Source: an uncultured virus (IMG/VR IMGVR_UViG_3300042691_044383)
Taxonomy: Duplodnaviria > Heunggongvirae > Uroviricota > Caudoviricetes
Virus record (IMG/VR): IMGVR_UViG_3300042691_044383
Coordinates: 1-64,000 of that record
Reading direction: 5' to 3' (one strand)
Length of the DNA: 64,000 bases
In this document: in pieces, positions 1-10,009 of the stretch
Numbering within the stretch: position 1 is the first letter of the stretch
Layout of the letters: each line of letters opens with the position of its first letter
Translations under genes and position numbers: made by a program
Notes under the pieces: model-generated
The model's input: the letters and a program-made list of their open reading frames with translations, nothing else
Database searches by the model: none
What the model was told of the DNA's origin: nothing

Positions 1-6
1 TTTCTT

Positions 7-714
7 TCAAGAGCCGTGCGGCACAAAGTCGAAGAAGGGCGAATTTAACCTACACCCGGGTATCCTACCGAAAGCCGTGGCATTCTTCCAGGCAACGTAG
101 TTAAAGCTAAGCTGGTCTCTCAAACTGTGGTGATCCAGCATGTACCACCACAGACGATCAAATCTGACTGAACTCGGTGTGTGTCGGCGAACAACACAAG
201 CGGTCTCCACGAGCCCGTTGGACGCCGGGTAGCCTTCCGTGTGATAAAACTCAATCTGTTTTCGCATCAAAACCGGGTTGTCTTTTCGGTAGTCAATGCA
301 AGCTTGCAACTCCTGGTAGATGCAGTTCCGCTGCGGGTGCTTGAAAGAAAAGATGTCAACCTGCGGCGTTTTTTGCACTGTGGCTGCCAGCAGTCGTTCA
401 ACAAACCTCTCGACCTTTATTCGCTGCGATGCATCAATCCAGATCGAAATGTCGCCCTGCTCCGTGAAGGTCTCCGGGTTAAGCTTGTGCCATCGAGCCG
501 TCCGCCTGCCGCAGAAGCGATGTTGCCAGATAAGCGGTCTGACTTCCCATTCGACGCCTTTTGCAGTCGTCAGCTTTCCCGCTGAACCACGTTGCTTATC
601 CGAAAACAGAACGTATTTTACGCCGTTTTCAGGAACATTACTTGAAGCCAAAAACGTGTTTTCAAGTTTGTCGTAACCACCGGTCACGCAACTGTAAACA
701 ACTACGTTAGTCAT
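7..714 (-). CDS. DUF616 (TOD1/MUCI70)-like glycosyltransferase
   Basis: VVYSCVTGGYD start, SIWIDAS, FKHPQRNCIYQE and RDQLSFNY motifs typical of DUF616. Confidence 0.8.
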   Translation of the reverse strand: MTNVVVYSCVTGGYDKLENTFLASSNVPENGVKYVLFSDKQRGSAGKLTTAKGVEWEVRPLIWQHRFCGRRTARWHKLNPETFTEQGDISIWIDASQRIKVERFVERLLAATVQKTPQVDIFSFKHPQRNCIYQELQACIDYRKDNPVLMRKQIEFYHTEGYPASNGLVETACVVRRHTPSSVRFDRLWWYMLDHHSLRDQLSFNYVAWKNATAFGRIPGCRLNSPFFDFVPHGS

Positions 715-1501
715 TTTGTCTGAACCACTGACCTTTCTTGTACTTGTCGCCGCGAGTCACGGCCCTGTAGTGGAAGATAAAACTGCTCAAACTGATGGCC
801 GATTTCATCCCCAGTTTCGCCCATCGGGCTTGCAGCTCGTCTTCGTTGAGCGTTGTAAACGGAGTTGGATTTTTCTTACCCGCCGCGTTGAAGAAATTAG
901 CTGGACGGTAAAAATGATTTGCGTCGTACTTACCTGCATTCCAGGCAGCCATTGAAGCAAACTGAAAAAAACCGTTGATTTTACTTACCACAAAGTTACC
1001 CGTGTAGCGCTCCAGCAATCTTTTCGCGTATCCGTCTAAGGTTTCTTGGTCGTCCGTCAACTTGTAGGGTTTAATGTACCTAGAAATCTCTTGCTGGCCT
1101 TTTGCCGTTATCCCGGGAGCGTTTGAAAGCGGTCCCACCAGTGAAAAGGAGATGGCGGCTAACTGCACCATGCCTTCGTACCACTTAGGTGTAAAAACAA
1201 CATCATTGTTTCCAGCAATTGCATAGTCTGCCCTCTGCTCCATGCAAATTGAAAGCCCTTTATTCCAACTGCGAGTCAGGCCCAACTGCGAATCAAAGCG
1301 TTCGATGACTATTTGGTTTTCCGTCGGTGCCAACGCCTTTAAACGACGAGCGTAAGCATTGTCGAAGCCGATTGACCCATCGTCGACGACAACCGCTAGC
1401 CCGCCCGGAGTTGTACGAAAAAACGAGACTAGCGACTTTTCCGTGTAACGGTGCAGCTCTTTTGCCTTGTATGTTGGGCAGACAAAGCCTATCCGCATCA
1501 C
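707..1501 (-). CDS. GT-A fold (family 2-like) glycosyltransferase
   Basis: N-terminal VCPTY, VVVDDGS, SWNKG, GNNDV, VGPLSN and late FHY motifs; start overlaps the portal stop (ATGA). Confidence 0.75.
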   Translation of the reverse strand: MMRIGFVCPTYKAKELHRYTEKSLVSFFRTTPGGLAVVVDDGSIGFDNAYARRLKALAPTENQIVIERFDSQLGLTRSWNKGLSICMEQRADYAIAGNNDVVFTPKWYEGMVQLAAISFSLVGPLSNAPGITAKGQQEISRYIKPYKLTDDQETLDGYAKRLLERYTGNFVVSKINGFFQFASMAAWNAGKYDANHFYRPANFFNAAGKKNPTPFTTLNEDELQARWAKLGMKSAISLSSFIFHYRAVTRGDKYKKGQWFRQND

Positions 1502-3432
1502 ATTTGCCCCTGTGCCATTTGTTGCTGCAACATAGCCCCGCCCTGGTTCCTAATTTGTTGCCGATGCTCGTCCATCTTAGCCCGTACCCGGCTGTGCAAT
1601 ATCGGGTTGAACTGTTTCAGCTTTCTAAGCTCCGAGTCCTTGACACCCTCTGGCAGTCCTAGAAGCTCTTGTGCCAGCTGCGATGCTGCCGCCTCCAGGT
1701 CGTTAGGCGTAATCGCCGCATTCGGACTCATGCTTTGCACGTAAGCCGTGACCGGAGTCTGTCCCGCACCCATAGCCGACTGTGCGTCAGGACCAGCAGG
1801 GTTTGCACCCTGTTGCCCACCGCCGGCTGCTCCGCCCGGAGCCGCTGCACCTGGCTGCCCGCCTTGTGTTGCCGGGTTTATGCCCTTGGAGATCTCTGCG
1901 GCAAATCCAGCCTGCTCCATCTCTTCTTGCATGCGAGCCTGCATCTCTTGCTGCCGCCTTGCCTCGTCCGCCAAACGTCGTTGTTCTGTTTCCCAGTCGA
2001 AACCAACTGCGGCTAGGCCAGACTGGCCCGACAACTGTTGTGCCATCATCAGCTGCAACGCAGCCATTTGCTTCTGCATGTCGTCCGAAATAGTAACCGG
2101 TTTAAGCTTGCATTCGGCCTTCTGCCAACTCATTATGCGTGCGACCGTATTCATGATCCACTGAACAAGGTTGTTGGCGTCGGTCACCAATGCACGGTGC
2201 TGGCTCTCGAACAAACGCAAACCAACAGGTGCAGCTTGCACACTCAGCGTACCTTGGTAGAAGTCAACCGGAACGCCGGACTCGTTGAGAAGCGAGTCGT
2301 ACGCTTGCGTAATCATTTCCGTAGGAGCCAGCTGGCTTGCTTCGCCGCCGAGTATCTGATACTTAACGGGAAAAGGCAGCATGTTCCACCCTGACGGGTC
2401 TCGTCGACGTCGATTGATCATGTTGCGAATCTGCGACCGGAAGTCGCCCATGTTATAAGACGACATCGGGTCGTTCATTGCAAAACCACCGGCACCGCCG
2501 CCTCCAGAACGAACCTCGGGCGTTATCAATCGGAAGGGTATGATGTAATCCAGTGCAATTGCTTCGTTGTACCGTCGAAGAACCTGCAGATTCCATATTT
2601 GTCTGTAATTTATGAGGCTGCGAGGTAAACCCCATCCCATCGCTCGAATACCGGCCAAAGTAGGCTCTTTCATGTGGTAAATGGCGTCAGGGTGAAAGCG
2701 GAAAAGCTTGTCCGTGCGGATAGCTTCAAGTACGGCCTTGGGCGAGCGTTCCAGGTGATAAAGATTACCTTCCTTGACCATACGCTTGTAGTATTCCGGA
2801 ATTCGCCACAGGTACGCTGTCTCGTTGGTATACGGGTCGTGCAGAATCTCGATTTCGTGCGGGTTCCACGTCTTGAGGATGAGGTGCTCCGACTCTTCCT
2901 TGGGCTTGTCCACCACCACCCAGGGCCCACGCCAACCCGTTTTAGGGCAAGTCGCCACGAAGTTAAAAGACGCATCAAACTGAAAATCAAAGTTTTCGTA
3001 AACGACTCGCAGCGGATACATGTTACCCGCCTTACAACTGCTACAAGGACATTTCAAGTGCCTGCGAAAAGGAACGATAACACTACCGAAAAAATTACCG
3101 TAGCAAAGCCTGTCTCGCATGGCCGTCGACAAGAACTGCATCAAATTCAGTTGCTGTCCCAAGTAGTCCTTGTATTTTCTTTTTTCGTCGTCGCCAATAT
3201 CCTCGCCACCAATCTCGATGTCGCTCAAGAAATACGATACGAGTCGCTCCATAGCGGTGCGGTACGTACCCATTATCTGCCAAACATACTCGGACCACCA
3301 CAGAGCCGACTTGATCGTGGTCGGCATCTGCGTAGTTGCAATGTCATTAAACGGATCTGCAAAACCGTGTTCACCTTGCGATGCACCAGCCCCGCGACTG
3401 AAGAACGGAATGCTTGCGCCTTGGTATGTCAT
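1498..3432 (-). CDS. Putative phage portal protein with Cys-rich insertion and Q/G/A-rich C-terminus
   Basis: 644 aa; DRLCYGNFF, IYHMK..GWGLP pattern, helical C-half as in large-phage portals; terminase in the same window. Confidence 0.65.
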   Translation of the reverse strand: MTYQGASIPFFSRGAGASQGEHGFADPFNDIATTQMPTTIKSALWWSEYVWQIMGTYRTAMERLVSYFLSDIEIGGEDIGDDEKRKYKDYLGQQLNLMQFLSTAMRDRLCYGNFFGSVIVPFRRHLKCPCSSCKAGNMYPLRVVYENFDFQFDASFNFVATCPKTGWRGPWVVVDKPKEESEHLILKTWNPHEIEILHDPYTNETAYLWRIPEYYKRMVKEGNLYHLERSPKAVLEAIRTDKLFRFHPDAIYHMKEPTLAGIRAMGWGLPRSLINYRQIWNLQVLRRYNEAIALDYIIPFRLITPEVRSGGGGAGGFAMNDPMSSYNMGDFRSQIRNMINRRRRDPSGWNMLPFPVKYQILGGEASQLAPTEMITQAYDSLLNESGVPVDFYQGTLSVQAAPVGLRLFESQHRALVTDANNLVQWIMNTVARIMSWQKAECKLKPVTISDDMQKQMAALQLMMAQQLSGQSGLAAVGFDWETEQRRLADEARRQQEMQARMQEEMEQAGFAAEISKGINPATQGGQPGAAAPGGAAGGGQQGANPAGPDAQSAMGAGQTPVTAYVQSMSPNAAITPNDLEAAASQLAQELLGLPEGVKDSELRKLKQFNPILHSRVRAKMDEHRQQIRNQGGAMLQQQMAQGQM

Positions 3433-3454
3433 TGCAGATCTCGCTAAAAACTAA

Positions 3455-3640
3455 CTACTTCAATGTTGCCTGTTTAACCGCGTCAGCGGCATCTTTCATA
3501 AGGCAACTCTCTTGCTCGTCCGCGGCTTGCTTGTCCGTTGGAAACTGAAAAGTCTGCTGTGCCAGCTTTTCAGTTTGCCTCCGACAACACCCTGGTTTTT
3601 CGCACGGCGTGTTTTCGCCGATAGCACCGTTTTTTTCCAT
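3455..3640 (-). CDS. Small hypothetical protein upstream of portal (four KxA motifs)
   Basis: 61-aa ATG ORF filling the gap in the operon. Confidence 0.55.
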   Translation of the reverse strand: MEKNGAIGENTPCEKPGCCRRQTEKLAQQTFQFPTDKQAADEQESCLMKDAADAVKQATLK

Positions 3641-3645
3641 CTTGT

Positions 3646-4371
3646 TTACGCCTTAATCAAAAGTACGAAGTCCAAACAACCAAGCGTCCAACTGAGTCCC
3701 AGCGATGCCACGTTATAGGATGAGCCGGTTTCAGCCACTCCGACGCTGATCGTCTGCTCCGGTCCTAAGTTTGGCGGCAAGTACTGCTGACCATACTCGA
3801 AACGGGAATCATAAACCAGAACCAGGCACTCCTTCGCGTCAACCACTTGATGATACCTTGCGGACATCGTTCCCAGTTGTGCAAACTCAAAATATACCGT
3901 AAACGCGGGCTTGGCCGGAACAGCAGACGCCAAAAACGGGATGCCTAGCGTACTAAAAGCCGCTTTTATAGCTGACGCGTCAATCCCAGGCTGAGGGTGG
4001 CTTGGCCGGAAAGCTGCCGCCTCTTCCGCACTGGAAGCCGAAACTGCCACGGCGGGTAAAGGTATGACCGCAGCTTCTGCAGGGAAATCCGACCTGTGCG
4101 TCGCATTTGCGACCTCGTTTCGCTTCGTGTCCTCGGCCAGTCGTTGAAAGTAATCCGAACCGCCCAAAGAACTGCTAGATGCCTTTTCAAGTGCCTCCCT
4201 GGAAACCTGTCGCATATCAAGCACAATGGAGTTGGCGTCGTCCGGATCTATCACGACGATACCTGGTTTGTTGTGGTCAAAGCCTGACGACCTTCCGTCC
4301 ATCAGGTCGCCAATACTCGAAGGTATCTCCGTCGCTCCCGGTAACACGCTGCTAGGCTTGTAACTGTTCAT
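3646..4371 (-). CDS. Hypothetical protein
   Basis: 241 aa; AGGA SD upstream; tightly packed. Confidence 0.7.
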   Translation of the reverse strand: MNSYKPSSVLPGATEIPSSIGDLMDGRSSGFDHNKPGIVVIDPDDANSIVLDMRQVSREALEKASSSSLGGSDYFQRLAEDTKRNEVANATHRSDFPAEAAVIPLPAVAVSASSAEEAAAFRPSHPQPGIDASAIKAAFSTLGIPFLASAVPAKPAFTVYFEFAQLGTMSARYHQVVDAKECLVLVYDSRFEYGQQYLPPNLGPEQTISVGVAETGSSYNVASLGLSWTLGCLDFVLLIKA

Positions 4372-4381
4372 TGTCGTTCCT

Positions 4382-4987
4382 TTACGCTGTCAAATTGTCT
4401 TCGTCGTCGCCTTCAAACTTCTTTTGCTCGACTTCCTGGAACGGATCCGTTGTGCCGTCCCGGAAGTACTGCGACTGCATGTAGGCATCCGAACCCATCC
4501 AACCGTGCTCCAAGATCTCCATCTTAGTGCCTTCATCTAAATCCGCCACAGCTGACACGTCCAATTCACCGGCTTTAGTCAATTTCACGGCTGTCTGGTT
4601 TGGAAGCCGTAAATAGTAATCCGCTGATCCGTCTGCCTTCGGCAACTTAGTCAACACAAGCGGTAACCCGTAGAAAACAGAGACAGCGGTCTCTTTACCT
4701 ATTCGTGAATGAATCGCCTTAACAAGGTCCGGTAGGTTGTTGTAAGCATAGACCGCCGGGTAATCACCTTCGGGACTTTCGCAAAGACAGTATTTAAGCG
4801 AGGGCAATCCGACTTCCTCGGCCTCCTTTGACCCCATCGCAGAAAAAGACTCCGCGACATCCGAAGGCAAAGTCTTTAAAAGCTCTGAATACTCCAAGTC
4901 GTATTCGTCGCATACTGCTTTTTTAGCCGCAATGGCCTGCATCATAGCGTCGATTGCAACCAAAATCGGCTTCTTGTCGTTAGGCAT
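4382..4987 (-). CDS. Hypothetical protein, acidic C-terminus
   Basis: Start reassigned to ATG 4987 (MPNDKK), which has a GAGG SD and overlaps the upstream stop. Confidence 0.65.
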   Translation of the reverse strand: MPNDKKPILVAIDAMMQAIAAKKAVCDEYDLEYSELLKTLPSDVAESFSAMGSKEAEEVGLPSLKYCLCESPEGDYPAVYAYNNLPDLVKAIHSRIGKETAVSVFYGLPLVLTKLPKADGSADYYLRLPNQTAVKLTKAGELDVSAVADLDEGTKMEILEHGWMGSDAYMQSQYFRDGTTDPFQEVEQKKFEGDDEDNLTA

Positions 4988-5231
4988 GTGATACACCCTC
5001 GCTCGCCGGGACATACGACAATCCGACCCGTAACAAACCCCCGGAAATTGTTATGGCGCCGGGTACCGCCACAATCGCATGCGTGCTACGAACCCAGTCG
5101 TTTATCTGCTCTTCCAGGTCTTCTATCGAGTCGGCAGCGAACAGCTTCAATTGCAGCACCTGATTAGGAAGCAAGAAAGCCTGTAGGCTGTCTACCGGAA
5201 AGGTCTTGTCCGCCTGGTTGCCTGTTGTCAT
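4980..5231 (-). CDS. Hypothetical protein
   Basis: 83 aa, abuts both neighbours. Confidence 0.6.
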   Translation of the reverse strand: MTTGNQADKTFPVDSLQAFLLPNQVLQLKLFAADSIEDLEEQINDWVRSTHAIVAVPGAITISGGLLRVGLSYVPASEGVSHA

Positions 5232-5945
5232 TTACTTGCCTTTAATTCTTAAGTTCGTTTTCTTGTTCTTGACATCCAAAAAATAAGCCTCGTCCTGTAT
5301 CTCGGACATGACTCGCTTGTACGCCGAAAACGCGGCGTCCGCATCTTTGTGCGACAGCCGGAACAACCTTTGCGCAGCTTTAATGTGCAGATTGTCCGGG
5401 GGATACGATACCATGCCGGGCAAAGCTTTCAACGGTTTTTTGCTGTCGAAAGCACACTGCATTTTGTTGGACAAAACTGCGAAAGCACTTATCTCCAAAA
5501 CGGGAGTTTTCGGTGTGACAACGCGATCCAGGTCAACCGCTAAAGGATCGTAGATTTGCAAACGCTGCAGTGCGTACTGGTACAAAATCGAGTTGTCCAA
5601 GTCAAACTGAACTGTCTCAAGTATGCCGTCGACAAGCTTCGAGTACTCATCCACGCGTACTGCCCACAGCAAGTGATTCCAAGACTTGTCTTCCGCTAAA
5701 GAGAAACCGGAAAAGATAGGCTTGTCGAATTGGTACCAGAAAACAGACAGGTTGTACTTGTCGACCAGATCGGACAAATTTTTTTCCGTGAATCGACCCC
5801 ACAAATACAAAGCTGCGGGCGTGTACCACACGTAACCCGGTATGTTCACCAAGCTCCTTGCGTTCTGGAACTGAACGCGATACTTGGGAACCCGAAAGGG
5901 CTTGAAAACATAATGCTTATCTTCGTGCAGTTGTATGTCGCTCAC
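5232..5945 (-). CDS. Hypothetical protein
   Basis: 237 aa in contiguous operon. Confidence 0.65.
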   Translation of the reverse strand: MSDIQLHEDKHYVFKPFRVPKYRVQFQNARSLVNIPGYVWYTPAALYLWGRFTEKNLSDLVDKYNLSVFWYQFDKPIFSGFSLAEDKSWNHLLWAVRVDEYSKLVDGILETVQFDLDNSILYQYALQRLQIYDPLAVDLDRVVTPKTPVLEISAFAVLSNKMQCAFDSKKPLKALPGMVSYPPDNLHIKAAQRLFRLSHKDADAAFSAYKRVMSEIQDEAYFLDVKNKKTNLRIKGK

Positions 5946-5947
5946 GA

Positions 5948-6667
5948 CTAACTTGAAGACTCCGTTTCCGTGATACCTTGAATGTTCGCCGCCGTGAGTA
6001 GCAATAGGCTTGAACTGTCCACGCTGACGCCAGGCTGATAGTTCTTAAGCAGCTCTTCGTGTGTAGCGAGTGTGCCTGCCTGCTGCAGCTTAACCTTATT
6101 CAAACGCACGTAGGTTTGCACTAGTCGCAAAGCCTCGCTCTCGTCGACACGTATGTGGTTGCAACGCGAGAAAGCCGCGATACCCTGCGGTATGGGACTG
6201 TCTAACACAGCGCACGCGTTCACGAGTAGTTGAAAAAAGTCTGTCTCACTTGTAAAACTGACGAATGTGAAGTTGTTTTCAGCTTTCGGCTTCAAGTACT
6301 GAAAGAAAAAGTCCTTGAACGTGGCCGACAGAAAAGATTTGCAGGCCAGGCTTACAGGAGGCTTAGCGTCCGGAACGCCGGGCAGTCGGTTGGAAAGGCT
6401 GTACTTTGCCGACTTCTGCAAGCTCGGAACGGTGAAACGCACTGCCATGAGCGAGTAATTAAAAGGATCCGCGCTTTGCATTTGATCAAGCACTTTAAAA
6501 GGCTCTTCGCATTGCTTGAGCAACACTTGAAACTCCGGACTTGCAGCCACAGCGTCTGCCGTGTACGCAGCCCTGTCTTCCTTAGGCAACTCGGACACAC
6601 GAGTGAGTTGCTGCTCCCACCACTTGATAACTTGACTCGTCTCGCTCCAATTCACGAAAATTAGCAT
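5948..6667 (-). CDS. Hypothetical protein
   Basis: 239 aa; TGATG overlap with upstream gene. Confidence 0.65.
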   Translation of the reverse strand: MLIFVNWSETSQVIKWWEQQLTRVSELPKEDRAAYTADAVAASPEFQVLLKQCEEPFKVLDQMQSADPFNYSLMAVRFTVPSLQKSAKYSLSNRLPGVPDAKPPVSLACKSFLSATFKDFFFQYLKPKAENNFTFVSFTSETDFFQLLVNACAVLDSPIPQGIAAFSRCNHIRVDESEALRLVQTYVRLNKVKLQQAGTLATHEELLKNYQPGVSVDSSSLLLLTAANIQGITETESSS

Positions 6668-7137
6668 CAGCTTACGCCCCTTCCGGCAACTACCGATTTA
6701 CGCCACAAAGCCTGTCTTTTAGCCGCGCTCTTGCAAGCCTCAATTTGGCTTGTGGCGACCCCCATCGAAAGAAGGGTATCAATTTGGTCTTTCTTGGGCA
6801 AACGCCCGAAACGCTTGGCGACCTGCCTAATGCCGACAGGGTGGTACGGGCCCTGCGACGATTCCAAGTAATCCGCAATAAGCCGTAAAGCGTCTGGCAA
6901 CGAAACCGAAGTGTTCACGCATCGGCTTCGATAGAAGTTCTCCGCCTTGCCTATCAAAGCGTTAACCTCCAGCGAAATCACGCCACGTATTCTGCCGGAC
7001 TTGTGATCGTGGTCGACCACTGGATGGAATTTTTCACCGGTCATGCCGAGAATAGGACAAGCTGCCGGGGCGTGTTTAACCCTGTAGTCCGCAAGCTTGT
7101 CCTGTGGCACATAAAACTGATACTCTTCAGACATCAA
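6667..7137 (-). CDS. T4 endonuclease VII-like (His-Me finger) nuclease / resolvase
   Basis: CPIL...VVDHDHKSGRIRGVI...VNALIG matches the DHDH-x-G-x-RG core. Confidence 0.8.
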   Translation of the reverse strand: MMSEEYQFYVPQDKLADYRVKHAPAACPILGMTGEKFHPVVDHDHKSGRIRGVISLEVNALIGKAENFYRSRCVNTSVSLPDALRLIADYLESSQGPYHPVGIRQVAKRFGRLPKKDQIDTLLSMGVATSQIEACKSAAKRQALWRKSVVAGRGVS

Positions 7138-8114
7138 ACTGGCCTTTGCTTTCTTCGCTGGGAAGGCGATACGGCGGGTGTGTTTCTAGCAGGTCTGCTT
7201 ATTGTCGGCAGCGGTGATAAACTTTCAACCTTTTTAGCTTGCAAGTCAACCTCAATTTCGGCTATTTCCCTTTCGACAAGCTCCCCCAACCCTTTCGCCG
7301 AAAAGGGATCCACAGGCGTATCGCTTTTAGACGTATCGACGCTTACCGTCTCGTTGGCAGTTTCTTCCACCACCAATGACCGGTAGTGCTGCATGATGTG
7401 GTGCACGCACATCGCGTCAAATGCCGCACCGTGGAGCTGCCCGACGTCAATAGCGTGTTTTTCCGTGAGTCCGTAGAAAGCAAGTATAGCGGACATGTTC
7501 CACTTCAAACCCGAAATCTTGACGCCAGCTATGCGTATAAAGTAATCTCGGAGCGACTCACCTGCGACCGGGAAAACGATGTTCTTGTACGCCTTAAAGG
7601 GACTGTCCGGCTCAAAGACACGATTTGCCTTGAATAGCACGCCCGTGTCAAAGTAACCGGAAGAAGGCAGCTCAAAATTCCTGTTTAGGAAACGATTAAA
7701 ATTACTGCGGATCATTTTCTCGTCCGCCCAAACTCCATTTTGAGCGACGAACGGCAAATCTCTTTTCTTCCAAGCGTCAAACAATTCATGATAGAAACGA
7801 AGTACGTTAAGCGGATCGTGCCCTTTTGATTTGACGAAAGCCGGATTTAATCGCCAACTTTCGCCGATAACACTTCGTAGACTGCCAAGCTTATAATCCA
7901 ACCATCCCGCGTCTATCTTGGCTGCGTACCAGTTAAGCACAAAGCTTCCGTGGTCCACGACCACGTTATCTTCGACTATAACGTGGCCGATCTCCATTAC
8001 GAGGTCACTCTGCTGGCTGTTACCAGTAAACTCGGTGTCGAAACAAAGGTAGGATCGCGGGAAACGACCTCCGTATTGTTTCTTAAACCTTGGACTCCAT
8101 TCGTTTACTATCAT
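7134..8114 (-). CDS. DEDDh 3'-5' exonuclease (DnaQ-like)
   Basis: ExoI FDTEFTG, ExoII QNGVWAD, YFDT, ExoIII HGAAFDA. Confidence 0.85.
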   Translation of the reverse strand: MIVNEWSPRFKKQYGGRFPRSYLCFDTEFTGNSQQSDLVMEIGHVIVEDNVVVDHGSFVLNWYAAKIDAGWLDYKLGSLRSVIGESWRLNPAFVKSKGHDPLNVLRFYHELFDAWKKRDLPFVAQNGVWADEKMIRSNFNRFLNRNFELPSSGYFDTGVLFKANRVFEPDSPFKAYKNIVFPVAGESLRDYFIRIAGVKISGLKWNMSAILAFYGLTEKHAIDVGQLHGAAFDAMCVHHIMQHYRSLVVEETANETVSVDTSKSDTPVDPFSAKGLGELVEREIAEIEVDLQAKKVESLSPLPTISRPARNTPAVSPSQRRKQRPV

Positions 8115-8128
8115 GAGCCAGCGTTCAC

Positions 8129-8635
8129 CTAAGAGGAAGAAGCGGCTAAAGCCGTTTTTAGCTTAACGCAAAACCGGTACGCTTTTCGAAACCAACGAGG
8201 ATAACGCATGTAACGCGTTAGCGACTCCGCCTCGCGAACCAAAGACTTCGCGTCTTGCAAAGGCCCAACGCCTCCAAGCGTTGCTTCCCGAATTCCGACG
8301 TGCTGAATGCCCGCGTACACGGTACCGATCATCGCCATGACTGCAACCTGTGCCGCCGGCTTTGTTTTGAAAAAGCCAGCAAGTTCGATCGCCTCCGCCA
8401 TGGGAACCTTTGGTGAGTTGGCGGACGTTACCAAGTAACGACAGTAAGCCGCACATGCCTCACCCAAGTCATTGTCCGTTACCTTCTCGCGAGCCAAGAC
8501 CTCCCGGAGCTCCTTCCAACATGCAGAGTCTTCGAGCCTGGCCGCAACCGACTCCATAACCTCTTTAAAATTGTGGGCAACGTCTCTTCCTGGGTTGTAA
8601 AGGCGGTCGTCGCCCTTGGACATTCTAGCTTGCAT
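8129..8635 (-). CDS. Hypothetical protein
   Basis: ATG 8635 with GGAG SD, 2 nt after the upstream stop. Confidence 0.6.
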   Translation of the reverse strand: MQARMSKGDDRLYNPGRDVAHNFKEVMESVAARLEDSACWKELREVLAREKVTDNDLGEACAAYCRYLVTSANSPKVPMAEAIELAGFFKTKPAAQVAVMAMIGTVYAGIQHVGIREATLGGVGPLQDAKSLVREAESLTRYMRYPRWFRKAYRFCVKLKTALAASSS

Positions 8636-8637
8636 TG

Positions 8638-9549
8638 TTATTGTCTTCTCCTGTAAGACGCACAGTTTACACAAACGTCAGGGTGAAGTCTATCTCCGGA
8701 ATCGTGATAACTACGCACTGTGCACTGTTTGCAAACCGATACGGTATACGTTCTAGGGTGCGTTGCCATTTCACATCTGTCCGAACCGTACGGACAGTTG
8801 TGGCATTCTATATCGTCCGATAGGCGATAAAAGCAAGGGGTGATACTCCTGTCTCGCTTTTTTATAAGCCCTTTGTTGTAGGACATTGTCGCCGAATTGT
8901 GCCCGATTTCCGTGGCAACAGGTTCATTCCTGGCCTTAGACTTAACCGGGTCCAGTAGTAAAAAGCACCTCAAACCTACACACTGCCTGTAGTCCCAGAA
9001 AAGACGCTTGGCAGTGTTCTCTCCTCGCTTGTTGATCTTAGACCGGTTAAAGCCAAAACCTAGACCTCGACTGTCCTTGAAAACAGCCAAGTAGGTTGTT
9101 TTTTCGAACGACCAATTTTGAACCAGCTTGTACGGAACAATGGAACCCGCTAGCGACTGGAACACAAGGCGGTGCTTTAAATTGCCATCTTGCTTTACAA
9201 CGTGGATTTCTTCGATGCAAGCCGGGATCCATTCGAATTTCGACTGGAATGTCCAGTCGATAACCGGTTTACCGACCCACAACGTGTCAACGTTAGCAGC
9301 TATTCGCCAGCACAGTTCCAGCAGCAAGCTGTCCGTTAGGACTTTTCCCGTGAGGCTTTTTATGCTGTTACGCACTGAACTTGAAGGCATACCCTCGGGC
9401 AAAGCTTCCAACAGCTTATCCGAAAAGGCGTCATACGTACCCTGCGTCAGTTCATTCCCCAAGAAGGAGGTCAGGGCCGCTGTCAGTTTGTCCCGCTTCG
9501 CAAGAATTGTCGGGATGGACATCGAAGGTACCGGGGGCAAGTCGGACAT
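8638..9549 (-). CDS. Hypothetical protein with Cys-rich (probable Zn-binding) C-terminus
   Basis: CHNC, CKQC and CVNC pairs; ATG 9549 has GGAG SD. Confidence 0.65.
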   Translation of the reverse strand: MSDLPPVPSMSIPTILAKRDKLTAALTSFLGNELTQGTYDAFSDKLLEALPEGMPSSSVRNSIKSLTGKVLTDSLLLELCWRIAANVDTLWVGKPVIDWTFQSKFEWIPACIEEIHVVKQDGNLKHRLVFQSLAGSIVPYKLVQNWSFEKTTYLAVFKDSRGLGFGFNRSKINKRGENTAKRLFWDYRQCVGLRCFLLLDPVKSKARNEPVATEIGHNSATMSYNKGLIKKRDRSITPCFYRLSDDIECHNCPYGSDRCEMATHPRTYTVSVCKQCTVRSYHDSGDRLHPDVCVNCASYRRRQ

Positions 9550-10009
9550 GGTTCTCTCCGTCCTCGAAAATTTGAGCGTCCAGGTCAATAAAATAAAACC
9601 GTTCCCAAGCCACTTCGCGGTTCGTTTCCACGTTTAAAAATGTGTGCATCACGTGATCGCTCTTCAGCGTATCGACGTTAACATACTTCCCGTAGTTCAA
9701 AACGGGAGACTCCGGGTTATCGCATATTTGCCTCGCAATTACAGCCTGCGCTGTCGCACGACTGAAGTCTTTAAGCTCGGATAGCGATCCTCCAGCGTTG
9801 AAAAAATCCGCGAACGACTGCAACAATAACCGCACTCGATCGAGCCGCGATGCCGCGAAGTCCCCAGCGTCTTTGAAACAGTCTTCGTCGGAAAAAACCT
9901 CGCTAAAAACTTTTTCGCCTTTGTACGTTAAATCAAAAATAAGCTCACCGTCAACAACCTGCGAATGAAAGCCGTCTTCCGGTCTCATTTGTTCAATATC
10001 AAACTCCAT
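9452..10009 (-). CDS. Hypothetical acidic protein
   Basis: 185 aa; start overlaps upstream gene; 3' end overlaps next gene by about 100 nt. Confidence 0.55.
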   Translation of the reverse strand: MEFDIEQMRPEDGFHSQVVDGELIFDLTYKGEKVFSEVFSDEDCFKDAGDFAASRLDRVRLLLQSFADFFNAGGSLSELKDFSRATAQAVIARQICDNPESPVLNYGKYVNVDTLKSDHVMHTFLNVETNREVAWERFYFIDLDAQIFEDGENHVRLAPGTFDVHPDNSCEAGQTDSGPDLLLGE

